Shown here piece by piece: positions 12,601-27,949 of a DNA stretch of 64,000 nt. Each line of letters begins with the position of its first letter. Position 1 is the stretch's first letter. The translations under genes were made by a program, and so were the position numbers. This DNA comes from Heptranchias perlo. Its lineage: Eukaryota. The stretch spans positions 12,338,001 to 12,402,000 of the forward strand of contig NC_090354.1 of assembly GCF_035084215.1 (NCBI RefSeq), read 5' to 3'. Below the pieces are notes generated by a model that made no database searches, was not told where the DNA came from, and saw nothing but the letters and a program-made list of their open reading frames with translations.

Positions 12601-13950
12601 AAAGTAGAAATTTAGTGCTAAAAAGACTGAATTAATTGAGAAATAAGTGACTTTGATTCAAAAGTAGTAGACTACAGTGTGTGCATGGTTCAGGAACTGT
12701 CAAATGTAATTTGCATGTACATATGGTCCTTGTGTGCTTTAAACACATAGCCTGAATTGCTTGCCCTGCATGTTCATGTTCTCCATGCTCTAGGACTTTT
12801 GAGCTTATGTCTGACAACAATTTTTTTAAAACATTATTTATTTAAGTTAATTTAGTTTTATTTCACCCCCCAAAGACCTCACAACTGTTGGAACTCCCTT
12901 TCCTTCTACAATCTGCAGGCTTGTTTTTAGCAACAGGTTTTTATTTGTCTGAAATAAATCTTGCAGGTTGTATCAGGGGTGCAGGAAAAGTGTACATTGA
13001 CTGTTCTGTCTCAAAATGTGAGGTTGGACATAGCAGGATTCATATCAATGTTGAGTTGGGGACTGCAGGTGGCTGACTGGACCACTGGGGCTGCAGCTGT
13101 TGCGATCAGGGCGGGGGGTTGGGGGGAAGGTTCGTCACAGGGCTGGGGAGTGGGACTGTTGGGGTTGAAGCTAGCATGGTTGGGAAGTGAAATGCTGCGG
13201 AGAGAGTGCCATATGTTGGGTAGGTGTGGGGTAGGAGTTTTGGTCTGCCATGCATATATTCATGTTGGGCCTCAGCTAGCTAGTACAGGGATTAAAGTGG
13301 ATCTAGTGCTGTGTGCTAGTAGAGGAGGCCATCAGTGAGGTCTGGTGCTGTCTGTTGGCCTGTGTCTGTAGGAACAGGAGAGAAAGAGAGTTCGTGACAG
13401 CAATTAGAAGATGGATTGGGTAAGTTCACAGGTGAGGGAGAGGAACAAGGTACCCAATTGTAGGTGGGAGAGTGCCAGCGTGAATTGGAGGGGAAGGGCA
13501 GCAGAGTTCCAGCATGAAGTTGGAGAAGGAGAGAAACACATGCCGGCATAAAATTGGAACACAGCAGATTTGTCCTGGCTTGAAATTGGAACGTAGGTGG
13601 GAGTGTGCCGGTTTGAACGGGGGGGTAAGGGAGCGGTCTTGTCCATTATTTCTAGTTTTACCATATTCCATGTTTGAAAATTGCAAAATTATGGTATTTT
13701 TGTAAATGTTAAAATAAAAATGAAGTTGATATTTTTAAAGTTACTAGAATATTCAGTATTGAAAGGGTTAAGTGCAACAAAGCTGTGGTCACAAATCAAA
13801 GAGTTCAACTGATAACCTTTCTATTGCTTTAGACCATTGCTTTATCCTGTCCCAACAGTTTGAATTTATCGGGGTTTCTCTGTAGGAAGTAGCTGCATTT
13901 GTGGTATTTTGTTAACTTTCGCTCAGCATTTTCCAGTTTGGTTCACTTAA

Positions 13951-14343
<393 letters not shown>

Positions 14344-14577
14344 TGAAAGTCATCGTGTACTGCAGATGTATTTTCTCATTTTATCTAGAGGCATAATCAA
14401 CCAATAATAACTGTGCTAAAATTCCAACAGCCTCAAAGTGTTTAGACTTGGGCCTCCCCAAGCTTCAAGACAACCAACCAATAATATAAAGGGTAGTTTA
14501 ATTATTTTTTGAGATGCATCAGCAGGTTAAACCCAAGTTTAACCTGTTGATGCACCTCAAAAACTAATTAAACTACC

Positions 14578-14800
14578 AGGGTAGTGGAAATCTGGAATTC
14601 TTCCTCCAAAAAGCTGTTACGGTTATGTCAACTGAAAATTTCAAAACTGAGATTGATAGATTATTGTTAGGCAAGGGTATTAAGGATTACGGAACCAAGG
14701 CAGGTAGATGGAGTTAAGATACAAATCAGCCATGATCTAAATGAATGGCAGAACAGGTTTGAGGGGCTGAATGGCTTACTTCTGTTCCGATGTTCCTAAG
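14578..14800 (+). mobile_element. CR1 3'-terminal fragment
   Basis: Closely similar to the CR1 3' end at 29640-29852. Confidence 0.7.
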
Positions 14801-14826
14801 TAACATCAGCTAAGAAAGAAAAAAAA

Positions 14827-15222
14827 GACTTTGCATTTATATAGCGCCTTTCACAACCTCAGGAATTTCCACAGCACTTTGCAGCCAAGTGTACTTTTGA
14901 AGTGTAGTCACTATTCTGATGTAGGAAGCACAGTAGCCATTTTGTGCACAGCAAGCTCCCACAAATAGCAGTGGAATAAATGGAAAAGATTATCTGGTTT
15001 TAGTGATATTGGTTGAGGAATAAATTTTGGCCAAGACACCGGGAGAACTCACCTGTTTTTCTTCAAATAGTGCTGAGGGATCTTTTATGTACACCTGAAA
15101 GGTAGACTGGGCCTCAGTTTAACGTCTCATCTGAAAAACAGCACCTCTGCTAGTGCAGCACTCCCTCGGTTCTGCACAGAAGTGCCAGTTTAGATTATGT
15201 GCTCACAACTTTCCGACTCAGA
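14827..15222 (-). mobile_element. Deu-domain SINE
   Basis: Reverse complement of the 6803-7252 family (gcatttatatagcgcc...tttaacgtctcatctgaaa...gcagcactccctc). Confidence 0.7.
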
Positions 15223-15370
15223 GGCAAGAGCGTTAGGTGCTGGGCTGTGTAATGGCAAGACATCAGTTTTTCGTAATTCGCCACATATCAGATATACCAG
15301 CCGTAATTTGCCACATATCAGATATACAGTGGGGTGGAAAGAGAGCAGAGACTTTGCACACAGACCCCCT

Positions 15371-16970
15371 GGGCGCTAAATTGGGCTGTGTAGCACCCGT
15401 CGTTTCGGCGCAACACGGCCTCTCCGACATCAAAGATGGCGTCTTGGATGCACACACACATTTCCAGCGTGACGTGCACCAGACGCCATTTTGGTATAGG
15501 AGTTAGCACAGGTGCAGATAACGAACGCTGGAATCATGTAAAGTAAGGAGAAAATGGCTTCAATCAGTGTACAACGCTGATTTAAAGTGATACATGCCAT
15601 TTTATGTTAACGCTCAACTGAGTGCACATTCTTAATCCCAACCATCTGAACGTGTCTTAGAGTGCCTGGAGGACCCCCCCCCACTGGCGCTATTTAAAGG
15701 GACCATGCAGGATTTACAGGTTAGTGGCTGGATTATTGCTTCTGGCTGCCGAGACATTTGTAACTGTTTTTGGAGGTCAGCTACACTTGAATACTAGGAC
15801 GTGGGGACATAGCCTAACATTTAGAGCTAGGACGTGCAGGAGTGAAGTTAGGAAATGCTTCTACGTGCAAAGGGTGGGAGAAGTTTGGAACGCTCTTCTG
15901 CAATCGGCAGTTAATGCTAGCTCAATTGAGAATTCTGAATCTGAGATTGATAGATTTCTGTGAACCAAGGATATTAAGGGTTATGGGGCTAAGGCGGATA
16001 TATGGAGTTAGGTCACAGGTCCACCCTGATCTGATCAAATGGTGGAACAGGCTCGAGGGGCAAAATGTGACCGCCACTTGTTGCCTCCTGATATGTGCCA
16101 GCTTCTCCCGCAAGAAAGCGGGACGTGTGTCTGGGTGATGTGCCTATCATGGTTGAATAGCTGCCAGTGTGTGTGGCCTGTGATGGAAAGAGTTTGTTGG
16201 TATGTGGGTGATGGGGGGGTGTAGTGCATGGAGCAATGGGTGCGGCTAGTGGTGTAGTTGGTAGGAGACGCCACTTGACAGTTGACCTCACTCATCTTGA
16301 CCACTCATGTCAAAGCATTGAACTTCTTCCTGTTCTGCATCCATGTTCATGATGCTGTGTGCCTGGCACATTGACTTAATCCCCTACTGCCTGTCACTAC
16401 CTTTTGGGTGTATGTCTGGAGGGCCTCTTGCTTTCTCCCCCCCCCCCCCCCCCCCCCCCTGCGGATAGAGGATGTCCCTCCTTCTGTCTACCTCTTGCAC
16501 CAAGGCCTCTGGTGCATCAGCAGAGAACCTTGGTGCACGGAGTCTCATATCAGCAGATTGGTGCAGTCTGGCATGCAGATTGGAGGATGTGGGATTTAGT
16601 GGTGCGCAACCTTTATTCATTGTTTTAACATAACTCATCAGCATGTAAAAATAGGGATGGGACCTGCATCTGTGCTTTATGTGTGCGATGTCTGATCTCA
16701 GTTCAGACTCCGTGCAGCAGGCTGTTATATTCAGCAAAAAACAGGTACCCGCTACTTTTAAGAGATTTCTAACAGACTGCCTGCCTTTAAGAGATTGGTG
16801 CTTCCCCCTGCTGGTGGAAAGTGCAAATTGCATGGAATCCTCGTTCAATGCAGATTGCAGGTAAGTCCTCAGGCCTGAAAAAAATCCTGCCCTGCCTGTG
16901 CATTGGGCGCGGGGTAATAGCGGATTGTGCTACTCCCGCCCAAAAACAGGCCCTATCCAATTCCACCCCC
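15371..16970 (-). mobile_element. PIF/Harbinger-type DNA transposon remnant with a decayed Myb/SANT gene and a nested CR1 fragment (~15780-16063)
   Basis: Minus-strand peptides RAPRFSADAPEALVQEVDRRRDILYP, TWMQNRKKFNALT*VVK and EKLAHIRRQQ resemble Harbinger Myb/SANT proteins; termini gggcgctaaattgg ... ccaattccaccccc. Confidence 0.65.
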
Positions 16971-17129
16971 CCCCCCCGTCTCTGCCCAGAGGAGAAGGGA
17001 TAATTAGAAGTAGTGTTGACTAAACCTCACAGTGGCTATTTACATTGATAGAACCCTGGAAGCTGAATGCTTGCCTGTCCTCTTAGGTGGGAGTTATACA
17101 TGGGACCCAAAAATATGGTGGGAAGTTAG

Positions 17130-17495
<366 letters not shown>

Positions 17496-19805
17496 TAAAA
17501 GTAAAATTAGATGAATAGATTCTGTGTTCTTATGCTCTGTGAAGCAGAGCCATTCTGAAACCATCTATTTTGAAGTCATGGAAACAGGAATCCAGAACCC
17601 CGCAAATTAGACAGATTGGGCATTTCCTTGCCATACTGGGTTAGGAACATCTAAAACAACTGAATTCACCTGAATTTCCATGTAATTGTAAATATTATAT
17701 AGGGTGATGTTGCACATTTACCAGTTTCTGTTAAGCGCACCTTGTTCTCAAGTTTTTATGTATTATAATTACTGATCAGGAGTAGTCTGGAAATGGATAT
17801 GTTGTAATTTTGCACTGCTGACATTACTGGGAGTAGAACTTACCCAGTTGACTGGTCAGAACTTCTACTGACAGTATCTCCAAAAAAATTCATAGTCAAT
17901 TCATAGTGGTTTCACAGTATTCGCACACGACTGGAATTCAAGTCACTAAATTTAAATGTTCTCCTCTGTGAACGCCATTAACAAAATACTTTTAAAGAAA
18001 AATTGCATGCCTTTAATAAGTTCTGAATTCCTGACTTTTTTTGAGTACGGGAAATTAGCTGCCAACATTTTTAAGAGATCAAACTGAATCTTTACAGGTT
18101 AAAGATTTATTTTGTTAGGATGGCGTGGAGTTGCCGTATTTTAGAGCCACAAGGCACTATACCAAGCAGCAGGACATTCGTATGGAATTCTCAATCCCAA
18201 CGATACTGTTGTGGGGAATTGCTGAGCAGAAGCCAACCGGATTTACTGGTGGAAGAGTGAATCCGGTTGCTCTCATGCACTAAGTTGGTGTGCAGCTAAG
18301 GGCAGATCACTGGTCTCTTAGCCTGGAATTGTACATGCTGAGAAACCTGGGAAAGGGAACAAAATATCCAAAAAGGGAGTGTATGATCTATTATTTAAAG
18401 TATTTTGTTAGTGGTTTTGAGAGAGTTTAAATTTACTGACTTTAATTCCAGTAGTGTGCCAATATTCTGAAACCCCGAATTTGATTGAGTCTGCTGCAGT
18501 ATCTAAAATGAGTTGGATGTACACTTTTATTTTCACAAGTTACTACTTTCTAGCAAGGTGAAAGTACTAATTCCTTCAGATGATTCGTTAAATCAAGGCC
18601 CCATCTGCCTCTTTATAGAATCATAGAAAGGTTACAGCACTGAAGGAGGCCATTCGGCCCATCGAGTCTGTGCCGGCTCTATGCAAGAGCAATCCAGCTA
18701 GTCCCACTCCCCCGCCCTATCCCTTTAGGTGGATGTTAAAGATTTCATGGCCCTATTCAGAGAACAGGGAATTCTTCCAATCTCTGGCTGAACTTTCCTC
18801 AACCAACACTACCAAAAATAGGCTAACTGGTCGCCTATCTCATTGCTGTTTTTGCGCAAAGATACCTGCTGTCTTTGCCTACATACCATGCCATTGCACT
18901 TCAAAGTAATTCACACGAAACATTTGAGAGACATGTTGTACTGGAGCTAATGTATCTGGCAGGGAAGACCAAAATCTGTTAGAGCCTTCGACTGGTCAAT
19001 ATCCCATTGGATAACAGGCTGAGCAACACATCAAAGAAAATTTTGTAACTAAAATCTTAAGAAATTTTGTGTTGCATATGCAAAGAATTAGTGGCTGACA
19101 GCAGACAATTTTGTGGCTGGCAACACCCCTCCTTGCCTCCTTACCCCCCCTCCCCCATCAACAAAAATCTCCAATGTCTTTTGTGTGATTTGATAAACAA
19201 TGAGCTGTGCACCAGAAAGTGTATGCCAATCAAAACCAAGCATGTGAAATTAAACTATCCAAAATGCAACTAACAATAGAATTTTCAATTGTGAAATGTC
19301 ATAACACTTGTTCTTGATCTTTTCTTTTCCCCCAAAAAGTATCTGAGTCGTCAGAACCTATAATCTGTTACCATCTGAACTATAACTTCAGAAAAGGACT
19401 CTGTTCAGCATCATACGTTTTATATTGCTGTTTGTCTGTTTAACTTGACTGGGAAGGGAGAGGGAACTGACGTTGTCCATTCTAGGTTATCAGGTCATGT
19501 CAACACAAACTACCAGAAGCCATTTTATTATTGAGTCTCAAAGGTCATAAATGATAAGTGATTTGTAACTTTGATTCTAATCTTAAATCAACATGAGCCC
19601 TGTTAATATATTAATTTGCTTTACTGATACCCTGGAATGAAAATCTTAGTTCTCTCCCCAGTCAGTAAAATAATATACATGTCCCAACACCAGGCTCATG
19701 AAATTAGTTTTAAAAAAGCTCTGAAAACTTTACGTAAATGCCTACCTAAAAAAAGAAATTTTACCAAAGTAATGTAGTCTTTGCACTTCTGTTTTTATTA
19801 CACAG

Positions 19806-19916
19806 ATGAAGTTGGAAGCCCTCCACAGACTGAGAATGGAAGGTGTACGTGCTCTGTGCATGGAGCGAGTGAGTCTAAAGCATCAAGTGCAAAATTGTCA
19901 AGTGGAAGCCATCATG
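19806..19916 (+). CDS. RUNDC1: RUNDC1 coding exon 4
   Basis: cacag| (D)EVGSPPQTENGRCTCSVHGASESKASSAKLSSGSHH resembles human DEVGSPLQTGGGHCEC; phase 1-1. The 3' boundary is ambiguous (19916 or 19868). Confidence 0.8.
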
Positions 19917-20549
19917 GTGACGTCTACTTTTTGTAATGTATTTTATATCTGGGTGTGAGGGGCTCTTGTCATATTCCAGATAAACTATCTTTTCATAGTC
20001 ATCTTCCCACAGAGCCTTCAGGCTTTAAATAGCACATTATATGGATATTCCAAAAATGCCAACAGCGTAATCGGAACAATTTATCAAAGTGTTAATTATT
20101 GGCCTTTGTCTTGTATACAGAACTCGGTGCCATTCAACTGTGATGATTGAGTCATCTTCTGTTTTTTAGCACTTTATTGCCAAAGGAGCTGTTGTCTATC
20201 GCCAAATCAATGTTTATGCAAAAACATTTTTCTTCTTCCCACCCCACCCCCTCCCCCAATGTTTGTGTGGATAAAAACAACCTCATCTTGTTTAAATAAC
20301 CTGATTTTGGAAGTAAAATGTAATGCTTATGGAAAATCATTTTAAAATCCGGGAAATATTTTCACCTTATTTACAACAACAACTCTGTAAACTCTTCAAG
20401 GCTACATTTTGGGACCCATAAGTAATATATGATTACAATATATCTATGTTGGTGTGAAGGACTATTGTGATTGTCACTGCACTTCGGAAATAATTTGTTC
20501 GGTGAGACAGAGAGTTATTTTGACAGGAGGAGGCATTATATATGTGTAA

Positions 20550-21464
<915 letters not shown>

Positions 21465-24464
21465 TGTTTCATGATGTGTATATTTTATTCAAGACATTCT
21501 ATTTTGTCCTATAAAAGATTGATTTAAATGTTCAAATCCATTGCAAATTAAACCTATGCTGCTCTTTTTGAATATCACAGCCTCAAATGAAAGTTTGAGG
21601 TATGTTAAATTGATGACTGGATTTTTTTTTCCTACAGGTCAGTTACAATTGTATTTTAATTCAAATTTATAAGTGACTACAAAGAAGTTTTTTTTAAAAA
21701 GACTGGAATTTAATATTTACAAAATATGACTGACCATGGCGCTGCTCATGTTGAATCTTAGAATATGCTGCTTTATAATAATAAAGTTATCAACAAAGTG
21801 TGATGGGAAAACTGTTACAGGAAGCAAGTGTGACATTTGCAAGAAGTGCACACTATATTGTAAGACTTTTAATATATTACAGATAGATGGTTTAAATAAG
21901 CTTTCTATAAAAGGGACACTGTAGTTCATTGTTATTGAGGGAGTTGGTTTTTTTTGTTCTACTCATTTTCCATGAATACTTGCAGCTAGGTGAGAAATGA
22001 CCACTGAATCTCTCATGATCCTCGTCATAATTTCGAATAGTCAGCTAGCCAGAGGAATGTCTGCTATAATAAGACAGGTTATCGGTGTTGCAGCCTGGCT
22101 AAGAAGCATAAGCACTTCTCCCACATTTCTCAGTGCATTCTGAAATGCAGACTCAAAATCGTTTTTAATGAGGCCCCTCTGTCAGACTATCTTGCAATTC
22201 TCGGGCAAACATTTTCCTGTCCCAATATTTATTAAGTTCAATAGCAAGTTTTTTTTTCTCCTTAACCTTTGGATTTCATTTTAAATGTTAATGTTTGCCA
22301 TTTTTAATTGTTACCCTGTCCACACACCATTCCTCAGCCAAAGTGGGCAAGTAGCCTACCTTTGAGCCTGTGCAAGGTTGCTTGTGACCCAGCTGCTAGG
22401 AGGAATGTAAGAGCAGCTCAGGGTGGTGTGTATCTTTTTATCCTTATGAAGGAACCTGGCTTCAAGCTTCAAGCCCGCTGTTTCAGCTCAGATAACTTAA
22501 CATGTGGGGAATTGCTGCACAGACCCACATCCTACCACTCCATGGCATTGTGCATTGGAACATCAAACTAGCTGTGCAGCCTGTGTACCAATGACCTTGG
22601 TGATATGTCTGTATTCCTGTCATGCATATTGGTTTTGTACTTTCTGGGCTTTGAGTATGACCTGAACAGAGTACAGTAAGTGCCCTGCCTTTGATTAGGG
22701 GAGTGTCATTTTCTTTCAGACACTTGGGATCAGTAATATTTCTCAAGGATCAGTCACTCTTGGCAGTAAAAGCCAACTGTAACTTGATGATTGCAATCAT
22801 GCAATTATCTAAAATGTCTTGGTTACAAAGATCTTATACATAGATTTATTTAAAATTTATACATGTACTGATATATTCAGTTATGGTGTAAAGTTCAATG
22901 TGACTAGGATGTCCTGAGATAAAATTAGGAATTCCGTTTTCTCTTGTCTGCTTCTCCCCACCCTGTTTCCTAGCTCTGTACTCCGTTGAGAAGTCATTCT
23001 GTTTAATGTTATACAGCATATGGTCAGTCCTGCTGCCTGGTCTGTAGGTTACAAATCGTACATGTTGGAAGAAGAATTTTGATATCTAAATCATTTTCTT
23101 TCCTATAATCCCATTTTTGCACTATTTTAAATTAATATGCAAACCATACATGTCTTAACCATTAAATGTAATTAATTAATCACTTCATTGTGAGGTCATT
23201 GAAAACAGTATCAACTGACTTTAGACACAAAGTTCATGCTATAATTTGAGCTGAGGCACTCAATGCTTTACAGAATCCAGACTGAAAACTTGGAGGGAAG
23301 TCCAGTCATTTAGATACGATTGTGCAATGTCCTTGGTTACTATATTTATTTAGCAAAACATGGATCAGAAATTTTGCATTCCTCTGGAACATTTAGAGTA
23401 CACACTACAGTAGAGCATAGGAATGCAAAAGTTCTTTGTAATATAGATGTGAAAATTATTCTGTACAGCATTATCTCCATTTTGAAATGGAAGGAAATTT
23501 TAGGAACAGAATGAAAGATGTCCATTTCTGTGCATAGTTCTAAGTTATTTTCTTGTCCCATAAATTAAAAAGCAGAAAGAACGAATTCTATAATTATTTT
23601 TTGTCTTGCATATTTGTTAATTTGGATCGCATGTATAAATTTACTTTCCATTGTGCTAAAGATCTAAGCAAAACAAAAACAGCTAATTTGTTACTGGTTC
23701 TCACAATCAAACCAAATTTGAGATCTTTACTTTAAATTTGTAATACTGTTTAGCATTGATGTTACAACTGCTGTTAGTTTGATAAGAATTTATTTTGTCT
23801 TTTCCAAAGATAAAGCTGACCAACTCAGAATGTATAGCCAAGCCCAAAAAAGGGCCCGGCTGCATGCTCTTGTATGCTTTTAAGGTATTTATAACACAAA
23901 CGTCTTGCAGTGTATATTTGTTAACTTGCATTTCTTTCCAGCGCAAACTGCCTCATGCTATTTTGTATTGCTTAATTCACATTACTGGATTTTTTTTTCG
24001 AGCAAAAGCGACTTTGAGTTAATAAGAATAGTCTGTATTTATAACTTTACCTGGTTTTATTCTTAGGAGATTGAAACTTCAATTCTCAAAGTTCATTGGT
24101 TTATAAATGTACTTGTTCTGAGTTGTTGGGTTAAAGGTTTTTTTTTAAAATCCTTCAATTTACTCACACTTTCCATTATGTTTATGCTGTCTCTCACTGA
24201 AAACTGTGGGATTTTGACTGTACAGGTAATATAGTGCCTGGAGCAGTGCTACTGCTTACAGTGTACGGTACACTGATTAGATGCACACTGGAATTAAGGG
24301 GGAAATTACAGGATGTTTCCACTATAGCAAAGTCTCTTCCAAATATTAAATTGGCAAACTAGTTATGCCTTTGTCACAATTCAACCATATTCCCATTTAG
24401 AAGATTCTATACAGAATAATGTGCCTTTAATGATGCATTCATGCTACACTGTACCAGTATTACA

Positions 24465-25360
24465 TAGAATTTACAGCACAGAAACAGGCCATTCGGCCTG
24501 TGTTTATGCTCCTCACAAGCCTCCTCCCACTCTAATTACTTCATCTCACCTTATCAACATAACTTTCTGTTCCTTTGTCCCTCATGTACTTATCTAGTTT
24601 CCCCTTAAATGCATCTATGCTATTCGCCTAAACCATTTTGTGTGGTAGCGTGTTCTACATTCTCACCACTCTGAGTAAAGCAGTTACTCCTGAATTCCTT
24701 ATTGGATTTATTAGTGACTATCTTATATTTATGGCCTCTAGTTTTGGACTCACCCACAAGTGGAAACATCTCTACTTCCACCCTATCGAACCTCTTTGTA
24801 ATTTTAAAGATCTCTATCAGGTCACCTCTCGGTCTTCTCTTTTCTAGAGAGAAGAGCTCCAGCCTGTTCAGTCTTTCCTGATAGGTATATCCTTTCAGTT
24901 CTGGTATCATCCTTGTAAATCTCTTTTGCACTTTCTCAAGAGCTTTGATATCCTTTTTGTAATATGGAGACCTGAACTGAACACACTACTAAGTATGGTC
25001 TAACCAAGGTTCTATATAAATTTAAAATAGCTTCTCTGCTTTTGAATTCTTTTCCTCTAGAAATGAACCCCAGTGCTTTGTTTGCACTTTTTATGGCTTT
25101 GTTAACCTGCATTACTACTTTTAATGATTTGTGTATCTGTACCTCGAGATCCCTTTGAGCCTCTACCCCATTTAGACTTTTATTTTCCAAGGATTATGTG
25201 GCCTCATTATTCCCTCTACCAAAACGCAGCACCACACACTTACTTATATTTAAATTAATTTGCCATTTACACACCCATTCTGCAAGTTTGTTAACATCTT
25301 GTATTTTGTCAAAGTCCTCTGTTAATTATACCTCCCATTTTGGTGTCATCCGCAAATGAA
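24465..25360 (-). mobile_element. CR1 LINE 3' fragment, degenerate
   Basis: ORF pieces FADDTKMGG, ANKALGFISRG..., QKRFTRMIPELKG...RGHKYK. Confidence 0.85.
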
Positions 25361-25608
25361 AGTACTTTCCCTTTACAACAACACTTAAGTATAGTGTAAA
25401 TGCAGCCTGAATCTGGCATCAGGCCCTTCCTCCCCACCCCACCCCACCCGGCACCAGAAGAAGCAGTCTGAGAATCCTGGAAGGAGGAAGTCTTGTTCTG
25501 CTTCACTTCAGAGTGAGTCTAGGCCTTGGGACTTAATTTACACTTCACAAGCTCAAACCAGTTCAGGGCTTCAGATGATGTTATACTGCTTGAATATCTG
25601 GTTTAAGT

Positions 25609-25958
25609 TGATAGTACTTTTGCCACTCCAGGACTTGACACATAATCTAGGCTTACACTTCAGTGATGTACTGAGGGAATGCTGTCTTTTGGATGAGATG
25701 TAATAGCAAGCCTTCATCTGCCTGTTCAGGTAAATGTTAAAGATCCCTGGTGTTCCCAACATTTTTCCCCAACTAATACCACCAAAAACAGATTAACTGG
25801 TTATTCGTCTCATGTGGTGTTTGAGAGAACTTGCTGCGTACAAATTTGGTGCTGCATTTATTTACCCACATAACAGTTACTGCACTTGAAAAATAATTCA
25901 TGGTTGTAAAATGCTTTGGGGCGTGATCTGGTACTATACAAATGCAAGTTTTCTTTCT
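25609..25958 (+). mobile_element. Deu-domain SINE, diverged and deleted
   Basis: ccactccaggacttga...gagggaatgctgtcttttggatgagatg...aatgcaagttttctttc aligns to 6803-7252. Confidence 0.6.
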
Positions 25959-26685
25959 AAAGATGACTGGATTCTTAGGAAGTTATCGAGGTCATTCGAG
26001 AAAGATTGCTGGCCTCTGATTAACGTCAGGACAGACACCTGTGGGCTCTGACCTCAGTGGAAACTAATGCCTTCTGAACTGACTTAGTTAACGTGACTAT
26101 AAATCCTACAATGCTCGGGTAGAGAAATATCCTATAATCTGCATTAAATCCTCAGCATACAGCTGTCTGGTCCAACATACCATTTGTTATATTTCGCTCT
26201 GCAATCCACGGTGGTAAATTTGATATGTTTTGAGACTGAGCATTGCCCCGAAACTTGCTACTCTCCATTGCCCAGAAGGGAATAGAAAGTTCATGTTTAC
26301 TGTGGGCTAATTACAAACACATGCTCTATTTTGTTTGGTGGGGGAGGGGAAGCTAACAGCAGCTCCTGTGGTAGGCCAGGTTGGGCAATGTTGTTATGTG
26401 ACATTTGGACCAGTGGATCAGATGGAAGAAAGATGCCTCCTCTGATAGATACAATATTCAGGTTTTCAATTTTCCTCCTAAAATAAATTCCCAGGTTTTA
26501 AAATCATTCCTAGTTTTTAAACTGACTTTTAACCCTGAAATTGACACTTACCAACTCATGTTTTATGTGAGTTTCATGGTGTTTGTTTTAGAAGCTGCTT
26601 TTAGCTGCATATCAAGATAGTATCGAGTGATACCTATAGCATTTCTCTCATCACCACCAAATGGTAAGTCTCACAACTGACAATT

Positions 26686-27040
26686 AGGACTGGACAGACC
26701 AGATGCAGGGAGGATGTTCCCGATGGCTGGGGAATCCAGAACCAGGGGTCAAAGTCTCAGGATACGGGGTATGCCATTTAGAACCGAGATGAGAAATTTC
26801 TTTTCTCAGAGGGTGGTGAACCTGTGGAATTCTCTACCACAGAAGGCAGTGGAGGCCAAGTCATTAGATGTATTCAAGAAGGAGATAGATATATTTCTTA
26901 ATGCTAAAGGGATCAAGGGATATGGGGAAAAAGCGGGAACAGGGGACTGTGTTAGATGATCAGCCGTGATCATTTTGAATGGCTGAGCAGGCCCGAAGGG
27001 CCGAATAGCCTATTCTTGCTCCTATTTTCTATGTTTCTAT
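26686..27040 (+). mobile_element. CR1 3' fragment
   Basis: MFPMAGESRTRG...RVVNLWNSLPQKAVEA...KGYGE; nearly the same sequence as 46670-47007. Confidence 0.85.
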
Positions 27041-27949
27041 TACAACAAAATATGCAACAGAATCTTTACAAATATATTTAAATTGAACTATACAACTAAT
27101 AATACAGGCTAATTTGGAAAATTTTTCATCCAGAAACTATGGCCTTAATCTCTAATTGTTCTTAAAATGAAAACAAAAATTCTTGTGATAGTGTTTTTTT
27201 AAAGAAACTAAGTGATGAGAGGAGTATGGCTAAACTATAGTTGATGGAGAGTGGGCTGCAGCGCAAGATCGCCATGTTATACTGAATAAATATATATATT
27301 AAATTATCAATATCCTTATTTTTAAAGTGCTGCTCTAAGTACAAAAATTCATCCAATTCACTGATGAAAATAATTCAATCACCTTTCCAGGAAATGCACT
27401 ATTATGGCACAAGATTGAAACAGACCATTATGTTGTACATATACATGATTAAACTTAATTTCTTTGTCCCACAGATCTTTATACTGAAACACATTGTGTC
27501 ATATCTTATCATTTATGAACTTCAGAATGAAGGTGAAAGTCGTATAATTTAATAGTTTCATGTGTACGTATGATTGTGAGGTAAATGTATATTTTGGGAT
27601 TTATTGTAAAATCATGTAGTATAAATTTGTGGCATGAATTGCTGTATTTGAAATTCTGTCCAAGTACCAAAGTGTACACATAGAAACAATAAAATTCTAA
27701 GTATCCAATATGTGCAGTCATTTTAAATAATTCCTCTCCAGTCAGAATGTATAATAGTTACAATTTTTAGCTATCTAATCAGTTCCTATTTCCAAAAATG
27801 TATTCAGCAATGGATGAGTGTCAGTTTGGCTCAGTTGATAGTACTCACCTTTGAGTCAGAAGATTGTGAGCTCAAGTCCCGTAACACTTTTCCACTCATT
27901 AGAAATATGCCAGATGCAAAACTTAATTATGCAAAGAACAGTAATGATC

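Noticed and set aside
12888-13705. Cluster of ORFs in a G-rich intronic stretch
   Set aside because: No recognisable protein or splice pattern; probably decayed low-complexity or repeat sequence.
16436-16459. Poly-C run giving poly-Pro/poly-Gly ORFs
   Set aside because: Homopolymer inside a transposon fossil; its length may be a sequencing artefact.
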